This document shows, piece after piece, positions 48,303 through 59,200 of a stretch of 64,000 bases of DNA. Where the stretch lies: the IMG/VR virus record IMGVR_UViG_3300025649_000002, positions 1 to 64,000 of that record. One strand, written 5' to 3'. The first letter of the stretch is position 1, and each line of letters opens with the position of its first letter. The position numbers were made by a program, and so were the translations under genes. The notes beneath the pieces were generated by a model, which was not told the DNA's origin, did not search any database, and saw nothing but the letters and a program-made list of their open reading frames with translations. This DNA is from a virus. Taxonomy: Duplodnaviria; Heunggongvirae; Uroviricota; Caudoviricetes.

Positions 48303-49115
48303 ATGAGTGAATTACTCACTAACATCCCCGTAAAGTATCCTGAGTATACGGTGTCCACTCCTCAATCTGTCAAACAGTTTACCGTGAGGTCTCTGAATGT
48401 TCAGGACGAGGAAAAATTGAAAGGTAGTTACCTATCCCCAAATCAATTCGCCCAACATATCAATCAGATTATATTTGATTGTTTGGTGAAGAGACCTGAT
48501 GATTTCAAAACATATGACGATTTTGTTTCGAAATTATCTATAAAGGATAGAGATGCCCTTTTGTACGCTCTGTATCATGTAACGTACAAAGACATTAATA
48601 ACTACGAGATAAGATGTGGAGAATGTGAAAATAAATATGATGTTAGTTTAGATATTTCTAAAGCATTCTCAATGGTTGGTTGGAAGGCGGATGAAAATCC
48701 TGTACCTTTACAAGATAGAGAATTTCCTGTAAAACTTCCTATTTCAAATACCATAACTGCAGTATTGAAGCAACCGACATTGAAGGCAGAAGAAGTAATG
48801 ATGAGTGATATGCTTTTTCAATCAAAAAAGAATCTTGATGTTGGTGTAGAATTACTTGTCATTGAACGCTTTGAAATTGATAAAGAAGGTGCTGTTGCAG
48901 AACAGAAGGATATTATCAAAGAACGTGATAATGTTTTTCATCTTTACAATAAATTGCCTTCAAGAGATCGTAAAGCAATCAACAAGGAATATGCTGCTAA
49001 ATTGGGCAAGTACGGAGTTGAATTAAAGGTCGAAACTCGGTGCACAAAATGTGGAGCAGAATCGTCTACATACATTGACCTTATTACACAATTTTTTCGA
49101 TCATTGTATGAATAG
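48303..49115 (+). CDS. hypothetical protein with zinc-ribbon-like Cys pairs
   Basis: RCGECEN...RCTKCGAES. Confidence 0.4.
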   Translation: MSELLTNIPVKYPEYTVSTPQSVKQFTVRSLNVQDEEKLKGSYLSPNQFAQHINQIIFDCLVKRPDDFKTYDDFVSKLSIKDRDALLYALYHVTYKDINNYEIRCGECENKYDVSLDISKAFSMVGWKADENPVPLQDREFPVKLPISNTITAVLKQPTLKAEEVMMSDMLFQSKKNLDVGVELLVIERFEIDKEGAVAEQKDIIKERDNVFHLYNKLPSRDRKAINKEYAAKLGKYGVELKVETRCTKCGAESSTYIDLITQFFRSLYE

Positions 49116-49317
49116 TGAGGCAGTCGATGCTTACATCGATGCTCTCGAGGAGAATATGTTTCTACTAAAACAATTGTTGAAACAAGGATATATGGACATA
49201 CTATTCATGCCTGTTAATAGATTCCGGAACTGTCTCAAATGGAAAAATAAATTTGATGAAGAGGTCCAGCGTCTTCAGGAAGAGGAACTCAATAAGACAC
49301 AACAGACTATGAAATAA
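49051..49317 (+). CDS. overlapping ORF (GTG start, no RBS), +1 frame relative to 48303..49115
   Basis: 65-nt overlap containing TTTTTT run at 49092..49097; independent expression doubtful. Confidence 0.2.
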   Translation: MEQNRLHTLTLLHNFFDHCMNSEAVDAYIDALEENMFLLKQLLKQGYMDILFMPVNRFRNCLKWKNKFDEEVQRLQEEELNKTQQTMK

Positions 49318-49321
49318 ATAT

Positions 49322-49337
49322 GGGAGGGAAACCTCCC
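49322..49337 (+). terminator. short GC hairpin GGGAGG-GAAA-CCTCCC then T-rich
   Basis: Seen directly. Confidence 0.4.
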
Positions 49338-49375
49338 TATTTACTTTTTAGAACAAATATAAAAAAGGAGTTTAT

Positions 49376-49807
49376 ATGGCTGGGACAGCACTTAAGACGT
49401 TTGAGGATTCAATAAAGGCTCAAGCAGATACAATTTTTGATTTCAAGGATTATTTTAATCCAGCAGGTGATTTCAAAAAAATTGCTGGTATCAATGCCTT
49501 AATTACATCCTTAAGAAACCTCTTAGTTACTCCTTTAGGTACCTATCCATGGGATCCTACTTATGGATCATTATTATATAAAAAAGTATGGGAACCTCTT
49601 GATAACTATTCAAGTGAAGATATAAGACGAGAAATTATTGAAAGGACTCAAGAATTTGATGACCGCATTGATTTAGAATCTGTTGTAATCAATATATTCT
49701 CAGATAATAAAGGTTATCAGGTTAATATAAAAATTAAATATGACCGAAAAAATGAAGAACTTGATCTCACGATTCATCAAGATCAAGGTCTTGGTATGTC
49801 AGATTAA
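49376..49807 (+). CDS. baseplate wedge protein, gp25/GPW-like
   Basis: NLLVTPLGTYPWDPTYGS...WEP and IRREIIERTQEFDDRIDLESVVINI align with T4 gp25 conserved blocks; 143 aa. Confidence 0.7.
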   Translation: MAGTALKTFEDSIKAQADTIFDFKDYFNPAGDFKKIAGINALITSLRNLLVTPLGTYPWDPTYGSLLYKKVWEPLDNYSSEDIRREIIERTQEFDDRIDLESVVINIFSDNKGYQVNIKIKYDRKNEELDLTIHQDQGLGMSD

Positions 49808-49922
49808 TGAAAAAATTTCCTTTTTGTTTTTGGGTTAAATATGGTCATTGGTGTAAAGCATCTCCAATGATTGCAATTGACCATTTATTAAGAGGTGGAA
49901 AAATAAGGATAGGTAAAAAATA

Positions 49923-50573
49923 ATGCAAAGATGGCAAAGAATACATGACTACGCACGTTCCTATCAAGAGTTCGTGTACAAATATTATGCAAGTCATAGT
50001 CATCAGACCTATTTATGCACATACTATAATTTAGATTTACATAATAGTGTGTTTGATGGAGATATGTTAGATGGTGGATCATATGAAAAATTAGGAAGTA
50101 AATCTGGACTACGTTGGCGTAAAATAATGTTTCTTCCTGTATATAATTTAGAAGCGATTCAACCACAAACAAATGCGGATGAAAAAGGTGTTACCAAGTC
50201 AGGTCAAACTACAACATTCAATTTTCCAACTACATACGATATTCAACCACTACCTCATGATTTCATCAAATTTGACCAACATGTATTGAAACCAGATGAT
50301 AATACATATCCGATGTATGAAGTTGAAAATATAGAACGAGCAACAAATACCGATATAACATTCTGGAAAGTATCGTTAAAAAATTCATATCGAAAAGAAG
50401 ATGCATTTGTTGAAAAACATGTTTCATCAGTTCATATGTTTTTTGATTACACAAAGAAAATATATGATTCAGAAACGGGTACGTTTCTATATAGATTATT
50501 AGATAGAAATACACAATTGAAAGTAATAAATAATCATTATAGTAAACGAAGTAATTTTTATTTTGGGAAATAA
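49923..50573 (+). CDS. hypothetical baseplate-module protein
   Basis: Position between gp25-like and large baseplate gene. Confidence 0.35.
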   Translation: MQRWQRIHDYARSYQEFVYKYYASHSHQTYLCTYYNLDLHNSVFDGDMLDGGSYEKLGSKSGLRWRKIMFLPVYNLEAIQPQTNADEKGVTKSGQTTTFNFPTTYDIQPLPHDFIKFDQHVLKPDDNTYPMYEVENIERATNTDITFWKVSLKNSYRKEDAFVEKHVSSVHMFFDYTKKIYDSETGTFLYRLLDRNTQLKVINNHYSKRSNFYFGK

Positions 50574-50625
50574 AAATGAATAATTCATATAAAAAATGCA
50601 ATAAAATACTAGAAGGATTTAAATA

Positions 50626-53304
50626 ATGTCATTTGATTTATCATCCAACTCAATTGAAATACTTAGTGATAGAGAATCTATAAGATCTCAACTTATTGAT
50701 TATGCTAAAACATACTTAGAACTTGAAAACGTTGATTTATATAAAACGTCATTCTTATCTTATGTTATAAATGTAATGTCTATGTTAGCGGCTAATCAAT
50801 TATACTACACATCTTCTATATATAGAGAATTCTTTATCACCGAAGCACAAATGATAGAATCTGTATATAACCTTTCTAAATGGATTGGTTATACACCAGT
50901 ATCTGCAACACCAGCAACTGCAGATATCATGTTAATCCTTCCTTTTTCATTTCAAGATGATGATGTTCAATTTTTAATTCCGAACGATTTTAAGGTTAAA
51001 AGTGATGATATTATTTATACAATAGGTACACAGGAACTCGCTTCAGAACTTACAGTTAAAGTTGATACGCCTGCATTGAATCAATTGATTGAAGATCAAC
51101 TAGATTCGGGTACTGTAGTGCGTGCATATCAGAATAAATCTCTTACCGTTAGAAATAATGCAACTGGTTATTTTTATCCTGTTGCTATAGATACAGAAAG
51201 TGAAACTGCATCAGTCCTTATTCCATTCACACAATATACAACATCAATTCAAGAGAAACATGTTCCTGATGATTTAGAACATTATCAATTCTGGTCAATG
51301 GAAGTTGAATTTGAAGGAATGGATTGGAAGGTTGAAGTATATAGAGAATCTGCAAGTGGTATTTATTCATTTGATGATATTGAAAGTAAATATGATAAAT
51401 TAGAACAAGCAGAAAATAATTCTATTTATACAATGACATCAACCGAAGAAAAATATGTTTGGATATCTACATTGAATAAAGGTGAAATATTATTCGGTAA
51501 TGGTATCATCGGACAACAACCTGAAGCAGGATTAAATATTGTTGTTATCATATATGTTACAAAAGGACTAAGTGGTCGTGTTATTTCCAATTCATTAACC
51601 ACTCCTGACAGTCTTTATTATACAGGAAGTGTAGATAATACTGGTCAAGTTAAAAACTGGAAAGTGAAATTATCTACTACAAATCCAGAAGCAGCAATTG
51701 GAGGTAGTGATTCACCAACAATATCCGAAATTAAATCTGGTGCAATTGCCAATCTGAGAAGTAAACAAAGATTAGTTTCTGATACTGATTATGATGATTT
51801 CGAATATATTATAACTGATACACCTTTAAGTGATACTAAACCTATCCTAAAGAGATCTGATTTAAAAATAAATGAGATTGAAGTATTTTCAAAATTAATA
51901 TATGACGATGGTATAGTTCCAACTCGAAATGTTTCATTAGAAGTTCCGACAACTACAACAATAATTCCAGATGGTACTGAATACGAGATTGATGAAGAAA
52001 ACTATAAAACTATTTTTACAATGTCACTCAATCATAATACAAGTGAAGCGATATATGAATATATTATAAGAAATGTAAGTGTTACTGCTGTACAAGAAAC
52101 GACTTCTGAATATGCACAGTTCTGTTATATTATATTGACTAATGTAAATTTTCTACGTATAGGAAATACTGTAAAAATAACAGCAACTGTTACAAATATT
52201 GAAGATAAAATTGCAACAGGTTCATTTGATTGTGAAATTATGACTAGTTGGAATAGCAGTATATATAATATGACTGCTCAGTATGATTCAGAAACTATTC
52301 CTAACCTTACTGGATTCGACCATACACTTAATGATTATCTTGATATTCCTGTAGGAAATCATAAAATAACTTTTAATATTTTTGGAGAGGTTCCTAATGA
52401 AAATCTTCCTACAAATGAACAGACAGGAGATCCTTTACATGTAGTAAGAAAACCAATTTCAACATATTCATTGTTTATTACAATCAGAAAAGATTTATCA
52501 AGTATAATGAGGAGTTCTATAATAGATCATCCGCCTAATAAAGTACATAATGTTCCGGTTATTCTTAGTCAATATCTAACTGGGATAGATCAATCATTAT
52601 TTGAAGCAAAAGTATTACAGTTATATGTAAATAATATTGAAATGAATGATAAGAAAATGTTGACAGATTTTACAAATATCAAATTTTGTAATACTACAGG
52701 TCGATTGTCAAATATGAAACTGAATACACCTAATATTACTTCAGTTGAAACTATATCAAGAACATCTATTCCACTTAATCCTGCTGATGGTTATCGTGTT
52801 ATTGCAAATGGTACTGAAGATACTTCATGGGTACAGTATAAGGATAAAATTGGAGAATGGGATGATACATCATCAACATGGGATTGGCGCACACCTTCAA
52901 TTAATGATATGATATACATTGCAGATGATGCTAAAAAACTTGTATGGTCAGGATCAGAATGGTTCTATCCTGAATTTGGAATTCCTTTTGATATAGAAGC
53001 AACTATTACTAGAAGTCCAGTGGTGGGTATATCATTGGTTGCTTTAGTTAATAATATTAAAACTGCTTTAATTGATTATTTTACTCCAATATTTGGATTG
53101 GATAAAAATATTGATAGATCAGAGATCATCAAAGTTATAAGAGGAGTTGATGGTGTTATATATGCACAGTTGAAGAAACCTGAAATCGATATTAAATTCA
53201 CATATAAAATAGCAGATCTTGATCAAGATACATTATTAGATTATACTCCTGAATTGGTTGTGTTTTCAAACGAGAATATTACAATTCATGTAGTAAATGA
53301 ATAA
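50626..53304 (+). CDS. large baseplate protein (gp6/J-like position)
   Basis: 892 aa immediately after gp25-like module; assignment positional only. Confidence 0.35.
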   Translation: MSFDLSSNSIEILSDRESIRSQLIDYAKTYLELENVDLYKTSFLSYVINVMSMLAANQLYYTSSIYREFFITEAQMIESVYNLSKWIGYTPVSATPATADIMLILPFSFQDDDVQFLIPNDFKVKSDDIIYTIGTQELASELTVKVDTPALNQLIEDQLDSGTVVRAYQNKSLTVRNNATGYFYPVAIDTESETASVLIPFTQYTTSIQEKHVPDDLEHYQFWSMEVEFEGMDWKVEVYRESASGIYSFDDIESKYDKLEQAENNSIYTMTSTEEKYVWISTLNKGEILFGNGIIGQQPEAGLNIVVIIYVTKGLSGRVISNSLTTPDSLYYTGSVDNTGQVKNWKVKLSTTNPEAAIGGSDSPTISEIKSGAIANLRSKQRLVSDTDYDDFEYIITDTPLSDTKPILKRSDLKINEIEVFSKLIYDDGIVPTRNVSLEVPTTTTIIPDGTEYEIDEENYKTIFTMSLNHNTSEAIYEYIIRNVSVTAVQETTSEYAQFCYIILTNVNFLRIGNTVKITATVTNIEDKIATGSFDCEIMTSWNSSIYNMTAQYDSETIPNLTGFDHTLNDYLDIPVGNHKITFNIFGEVPNENLPTNEQTGDPLHVVRKPISTYSLFITIRKDLSSIMRSSIIDHPPNKVHNVPVILSQYLTGIDQSLFEAKVLQLYVNNIEMNDKKMLTDFTNIKFCNTTGRLSNMKLNTPNITSVETISRTSIPLNPADGYRVIANGTEDTSWVQYKDKIGEWDDTSSTWDWRTPSINDMIYIADDAKKLVWSGSEWFYPEFGIPFDIEATITRSPVVGISLVALVNNIKTALIDYFTPIFGLDKNIDRSEIIKVIRGVDGVIYAQLKKPEIDIKFTYKIADLDQDTLLDYTPELVVFSNENITIHVVNE

Positions 53305-53315
53305 CTAAAAACTTA

Positions 53316-53338
53316 CAGAACAAATATCAAATTCGGAG
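53316..53338 (+). promoter_or_regulatory. CAGAACAAATATCAAATTCGGAG promoter-like motif
   Basis: Conserved motif. Confidence 0.4.
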
Positions 53339-53345
53339 ATATAAC

Positions 53346-53867
53346 ATGAAAAAATCATATATGAAAATGTTAACCGAGCAATATGGTGCTCTTTTTGAAG
53401 AAGATTTAAAGAATTTAAAAACAAAACCTGTTGGTCAAGGTGAACCAATTGAAAAAGCGTTTAAACCTGAAAATAAAAAGGGTATAAAAATTGATGCACC
53501 TGATAATAAACCAGCAGGCGAAAAAAAGATTAAAGGTGCAATAGATATTCAGGATGCTGCAACTGATAGTAAAGATGCAGAGAAGGAAGCAAAAGTGGCT
53601 CTTACAGATAAAATGTTGGAAGGTGAACCAAAGGAAGAAGAAAATCCTAAGGCACAAACAACCACAAGTCCTGCTGAAGGAAAAGTGAATGGTACTGTAA
53701 AACCAATCAAATCACATCTTCCTAAGATCGATAGTAAGAGAACAAACATTGATGAGGCCTTGAAAACTACACAAGGAATATTGATGAAGAAAATTATTAA
53801 TGATCGTAGTAAAGCAGAAAAAGCAGTTCAGGAACAAGTTAAAAAATCTCTTGGTATTCTTGATTAA
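53346..53867 (+). CDS. Lys/Glu-rich hypothetical protein
   Basis: ORF track. Confidence 0.4.
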   Translation: MKKSYMKMLTEQYGALFEEDLKNLKTKPVGQGEPIEKAFKPENKKGIKIDAPDNKPAGEKKIKGAIDIQDAATDSKDAEKEAKVALTDKMLEGEPKEEENPKAQTTTSPAEGKVNGTVKPIKSHLPKIDSKRTNIDEALKTTQGILMKKIINDRSKAEKAVQEQVKKSLGILD

Positions 53868-53878
53868 GGAGTCAATAT

Positions 53879-55012
53879 ATGTTTCGTCTTACGCCCCGTG
53901 GATTGGATGCTACTGATGTAGATAGTACTCGTTTACGTAGATACATAGAAACAAATGTATCAAACGAACTTTCAAAGATGAGTGGAGATTGTTATTATCC
54001 AAAAATATCTCAACTGTACAAAGAACTTTTACACATGACTAATAATGATGATAAAAGTTTAAAGGAATATGCAAAATCAAAGTGGGGTCATTTTAAACGT
54101 AAAGATAAAAAAATGTTTTATCTTCTTGCAGATCCTTATACAACATTATTGATACTCATAACACAATACTTTTTGAATGAAAAAAGTGATCTTACTGGTG
54201 CGATGTGGGCATACAATCTATTTGCATTGCGTTATTATTCAAATTTAATGCATCGATATTTACCTCAAGGTTGTAATCCTGATTATTGGAAATCTGCATT
54301 GGAACGTTTGAGTCATTCTCATTTATTCAGAACCAAAGATACAATTGGTAATAGTGTTATGTATCTCGGAAAACAAACGTTTAAGAGATATGAAAAGGCA
54401 ATGAAAAGAGATGATGTAGATGAGATGGCGAAGATGATTCAGGAAGTACGTAGTCGTATCAATCAATCTATGAGATCTTTCTTTCGACATTATTACGCTG
54501 CCAAAGAAGATAAGGAAACGATTTCTACAACAAAAGGTGATGAGACTGGAGAAGATACTGCAACTCTTGAAAAAAAGAAACGTCAGTTTGCAGAATCAGT
54601 TTCAAAGGATATGTGTGTATATAGAAAACATAATAATAAAGCACTTGAAGAGGCTCGACAAGTTACAAAATTCAATAGAGATTATGCACAGAAATATGCA
54701 AAAGCAATGGCAAATCCTGAATATCAAGAAATGATAGAACTGATAATCTCACTTATGTTACGTCCCCTTACAGAAATGAAAATGATTTGTACAACCAAAT
54801 TCATTGAACATCTCCAAAAACTTATGTCCGTCAAAACAAGTAGACAACCTGTTTACTTCAAAAAGTCTATCATCGAATTACACGATGGTTATATAATTCC
54901 TGCCGTAGGGTTGGACGATTGGTTCGCTTCTAAAACCCTACAAACAAAGAAAATGAGTCGTGATTTGGTTGCATATTATATTGCATTCTTCACACGCTCA
55001 TACCTCTGTTAA
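53879..55012 (+). CDS. hypothetical protein
   Basis: ORF track; stop overlaps convergent gene stop (TTAA). Confidence 0.45.
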   Translation: MFRLTPRGLDATDVDSTRLRRYIETNVSNELSKMSGDCYYPKISQLYKELLHMTNNDDKSLKEYAKSKWGHFKRKDKKMFYLLADPYTTLLILITQYFLNEKSDLTGAMWAYNLFALRYYSNLMHRYLPQGCNPDYWKSALERLSHSHLFRTKDTIGNSVMYLGKQTFKRYEKAMKRDDVDEMAKMIQEVRSRINQSMRSFFRHYYAAKEDKETISTTKGDETGEDTATLEKKKRQFAESVSKDMCVYRKHNNKALEEARQVTKFNRDYAQKYAKAMANPEYQEMIELIISLMLRPLTEMKMICTTKFIEHLQKLMSVKTSRQPVYFKKSIIELHDGYIIPAVGLDDWFASKTLQTKKMSRDLVAYYIAFFTRSYLC

Positions 55013-56205
55013 CCTGTTTGAAAATCCTTAAGAGCTCCTGTTGCATCTTGAACTTTTTGCACAACACGTTCCGTTACACTACGTCCTTCGTCTGGATAAC
55101 TTGACGGCATTAATGCAGTTTTTCCTGGTCTTATTGTTGGTCCTACTCCATTCTGTAAATACGCATCTGGATTTATTTGTTTGGTCAACTCATCTGAAAA
55201 CTCTCGACCATATTTAGATAAATTAGGAATATCTGAACCACTAGTCTTTTTCTTCGTATGTAACATAGATGTATAAAGTAAACCTATATCCATATTTATT
55301 TCAACTAATGATGGTCTTTGATTGAATGCAATTAGATTATCATTACCACCCTTTACAACTGATATTGATTTTATATATCCTGGACTCCATTGAACTAGTC
55401 CTGGAATATGAAAAATACAACACCATGGCCAACTGAATGTATTACCATCTTCACTATAAGGAGTTACAAACATTAACAATGCCATTAAAGGAGCTGTAAT
55501 TAATTGTAATGTTGCTTTTTCATCTCCCGGATAAGGATTGTAAAGTTTTATTGATACTGAATAATTAGGAGAGAAACTAGTATTTTTCCATACTAATGGG
55601 AAGTCTAACTTGTTTCCCATCATCAATCCTTTAGCAGTTTGGGATATATTTTCAATGTTTTTTACACCACCACTTGCTGAATTTAAAATGGAACTTGTTA
55701 TCCCTGCCGCCTTTTCCAATGCCTTCCCTGCCGCATCATCCCCAAATGATTCACCTTCTTTCAATGCCGCTTTCTTAGAAAGAGCCTTCAACATTTCAGA
55801 AGGATCCATTCCACCAGTCATGAAAGACATATCTCTTACACCACTAGATGCTACATTTGCTATACCTTCCAGAAGTGATTCACCATAATCATTATTGAAT
55901 GTTTCTGTTGGAGGATTATTAGACATGAATGCAACACGAAGCATGTCACTTCTCATTTTGATTTCATAAAATTCTTCTAATTCTTTAACAAAATCTCTTT
56001 TTCCAGTAGGAGTTTTGGCCATTGTAAATCCCTGCATACCTTTTGATAATTCAGGCATTGCAGGTCTAATTTCTAATAAAGGCATAGAATCTCGAATCAA
56101 TTGATTCATATCAATATCTGTAGTACCCCCACCTTCAGGTAAACCCCCATCTGCTGTATGAGAAAAACCTGGTGGTAACCCTATAATATCAGGCAAGATT
56201 ATCAT
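55009..56205 (-). CDS. hypothetical virion/tail protein
   Basis: Coupled (ATGA) to tape-measure-like gene. Confidence 0.45.
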   Translation of the reverse strand: MIILPDIIGLPPGFSHTADGGLPEGGGTTDIDMNQLIRDSMPLLEIRPAMPELSKGMQGFTMAKTPTGKRDFVKELEEFYEIKMRSDMLRVAFMSNNPPTETFNNDYGESLLEGIANVASSGVRDMSFMTGGMDPSEMLKALSKKAALKEGESFGDDAAGKALEKAAGITSSILNSASGGVKNIENISQTAKGLMMGNKLDFPLVWKNTSFSPNYSVSIKLYNPYPGDEKATLQLITAPLMALLMFVTPYSEDGNTFSWPWCCIFHIPGLVQWSPGYIKSISVVKGGNDNLIAFNQRPSLVEINMDIGLLYTSMLHTKKKTSGSDIPNLSKYGREFSDELTKQINPDAYLQNGVGPTIRPGKTALMPSSYPDEGRSVTERVVQKVQDATGALKDFQTG

Positions 56206-59200
56206 TATATATTACCTCCCAATGCATTACTGTCAATACTTGACCATGCAGGATTAGATTCTGGACCTGGTGATTGTTGACCTCCATTGCTTACATTAGA
56301 GGATGAATTTGCTATTTTATAATTAGAAGTTACAATATTTGTAGATATGTCACTTGCATTCTTTTTCGATGTTTCTTCTGCTTTCTTTGCAGTATATTTA
56401 CCTGCATTCAATGCTGCTTCTGCTGCTAATGTTTTTTCTTTTGATGCCATTTTCTTTACGGAATCTGATTTAATAATAGGACGTTCTCTTGCAGCTCCAA
56501 CACTAGTTTTCATTACCTCAGCAGCAGCGGCTAATCGAGCGTCATGTTTTATAAACGCTTTGTCTCCATGAGATAATATTTCTCCTTTTTCCAGTCTGTT
56601 CATCTTTCTTTTTGTGAATTTTTCTTTTTGTTCTTTAAACAGTTTTTGATATTCAGTAACATATGCTTTATTATTCTTCTTTATATCGCCTATGGCACTC
56701 ATGGATGCGGATATTGAAGATTCACCTCTGACTATATAAAACTGTTTTCGTGCTTGGAGTTCTTGTTGCATTTTTGAGGTTAAAGGAACACCTCCTGCAA
56801 ATGAATAAGATTTACTAGTATTTTTCTTAAATGGTTGATTTTTTCTTTCTGTTGCTGCTGTCTTAACTTTTATAGCAGTCTCTTGTTTCTTTCTTAATTC
56901 TTTTCGTTTATCAAACTTACTACCCTGCCAACTCCATTTATCAATATATCCAGATGATATATCTGCATTATATTTTTCTGGTGATGATTCTTTTACTTTG
57001 TGAAAATCTTTTATTGCCTTATCTGTATCAGTAACCCATGATCCAGAAGCACCTGATGATTCTTTTTTCCCTCTCCACATACTATCTGTTGAAGTTCCCG
57101 CTTTTCTTGCCGCTAGTCTTAACTTTGCTCGTTTAACTTCTTCTTTTTTAGGATCCATTATTGAAAATGTTTTCTTCTTAAAATTCTTTGCCGCTTCTGC
57201 TGCCTTCACTGCCAATTCTTTTCCTGCTTCAATCGCTTCCTTTGATTTTTCTACAACTTTTTCCTTTGCCTTCTTAGCAATATAAACAGCATCTGTAGTG
57301 ATTCCATATTTCTTTGCCTCTGCAATGTATTCACTACTTTCATTTCTAATCTCTTTTAAACTAATAGAATTTGCCATAACCTTAATATTTTTCGAAATAT
57401 CTGAAAGATAAGAAGTAGATTTTTTAGTATATTTAGAAAGTGATGCAGCGGCTTTTCCACTTCCAGATTTTGCCCAATCCTTTGTAGAATCAATAACCTT
57501 ACTAGAATTCTTCTTACCTTTTTCTGCCCATTTCTTCGCAGAACCAATAACCTCACCAGTATGAACTTTTACTTGTCCTGCCTTTTTAATTATATATGGT
57601 TTCGCTTTCGCTTTCGCAAATCCTTCAAGTTTAGATGATGGTCTGGCAGTGAACAAACTTTTAGTAACCCTACCAACGAACGAATTAGCAACAGAATCTT
57701 TTATTGTTTGCCATATCAATCCTGGTAATGCAGAAATATTCTCCGCCATTATTTTCGCTTTACGTTTTAATGCTTTCCGTATTATTTTAGGTAAATCATT
57801 TTTTAAGAATTTGAATCCTTCTCCCAAACCTTCTATTGCCTTATTGGCGTATTTCAATAACATTTTTGGAAGAGCCAAAAATACTGTTCCCAACCACCAT
57901 TTAACTACATTAAACATTCCTGTTACTATTTCCCATGCCAGATTGGTAATAGATTTTGATATAGCAGGAACTGCTGTTAAAAGGAACCATTTTGGTAATG
58001 ACCAAAATACAAATTTAAGTGAACCTGTTACAACAGTCCATAAAAGACTAATCGTATTTGTAATAATCCATTTTGGCAATTTCCAAATAAATGCCGTGAG
58101 TCCAGTCTTTAGTAGTGATACACTATCACTGAGTGATTTTCCAAGATCTGCAAATGCTTTCTTTGGATTTGTAAATATCATAAATGGGAATTTTATAACA
58201 TCCCATATTAAGTTAACACCAGTTTTTACAACTTTAAAAACCCATTTTGCAATATCAATAAGTCCTGAAAATGCTCCCAGTATCATATCAAATGCTTTTG
58301 CTAATGGTTTGAACAAGTCCCACTTTTTCAATTTTACGCCAAAAAGTTTCTCAGTAAACCAATGTGCTAGGTTTACAAATATACTAATGAAACCATTTAC
58401 AGCTCCTGCTAATGCAGAAGCGATTTTTTGTTTTATAGTAGCATTTTTTCCAAATACTTCTTTCGCTCTAAAGAATCCTGATATACCATTAATAACAGAA
58501 AACAATACTTGTAATGGCCAGAAAAGTTTTTTAACAACTGCTGACATAGCTCCAAATCCAGGAACCAACCTTATCAATACAGCATTGATTTTTGTTATTG
58601 TTTTTCCAATAGTTGTAAATACTTTTGCAAATGGAATTTTTGTAAACATTTTTACAAAATTTGCAATAATTCCGTATGCTTTTGATACTACTATTCCCAC
58701 TTTAGAATTATTTATTCCTCCTAATGCCATTCCAGCACTAGCACCTCGAGCAGAAGAAGCATTTTTTATCGCACCTAATGTCATTCCTGCTTTAGCCCCA
58801 GCACTTTGTACCATAGCAGAATTTTTCAATGCACCTAATGACATACCAACACTAGAACCAAAAGACATTTTTCCAAGTGAAGCAAGTGAAGCAAATGAAG
58901 TACGAATAGAACTTACAATACCAAGACCAAGAGCTTTTATTGTTTTTCCAATTGTTGAAAATCCGTTAAAAAATCCTTTAATTCTTTTCCAGAATGTTGT
59001 GAAAAATACTACACCAATAACTAAAAATGGTTTTAAAAGTTTGAGTAAAAAACCAACAGGACTTTTACGCATACGTTCCCATTGAAGTTTTCTCCACCAG
59101 GTTTCTTCTCGTAATTGTATCTTATTTATTTTTGCATCCTTTGAAGCAGTTTCATCTATATGTTTCAGGATGCTAATGTGTTTATGATCTTGTGAAGATT

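Noticed and set aside
49888-50172. 94-aa minus-strand ORF
   Set aside because: Antisense to the + strand baseplate-module gene 49923..50573; no signals.
55009-55012. TTAA shared by convergent stop codons
   Set aside because: Trivial compact overlap of convergent genes, not a regulatory feature.
57649-59085. 478-aa + strand ORF inside the 1579-aa minus-strand gene
   Set aside because: Shadow ORF on the opposite strand of a long coding region; low-complexity hydrophobic translation; no RBS.
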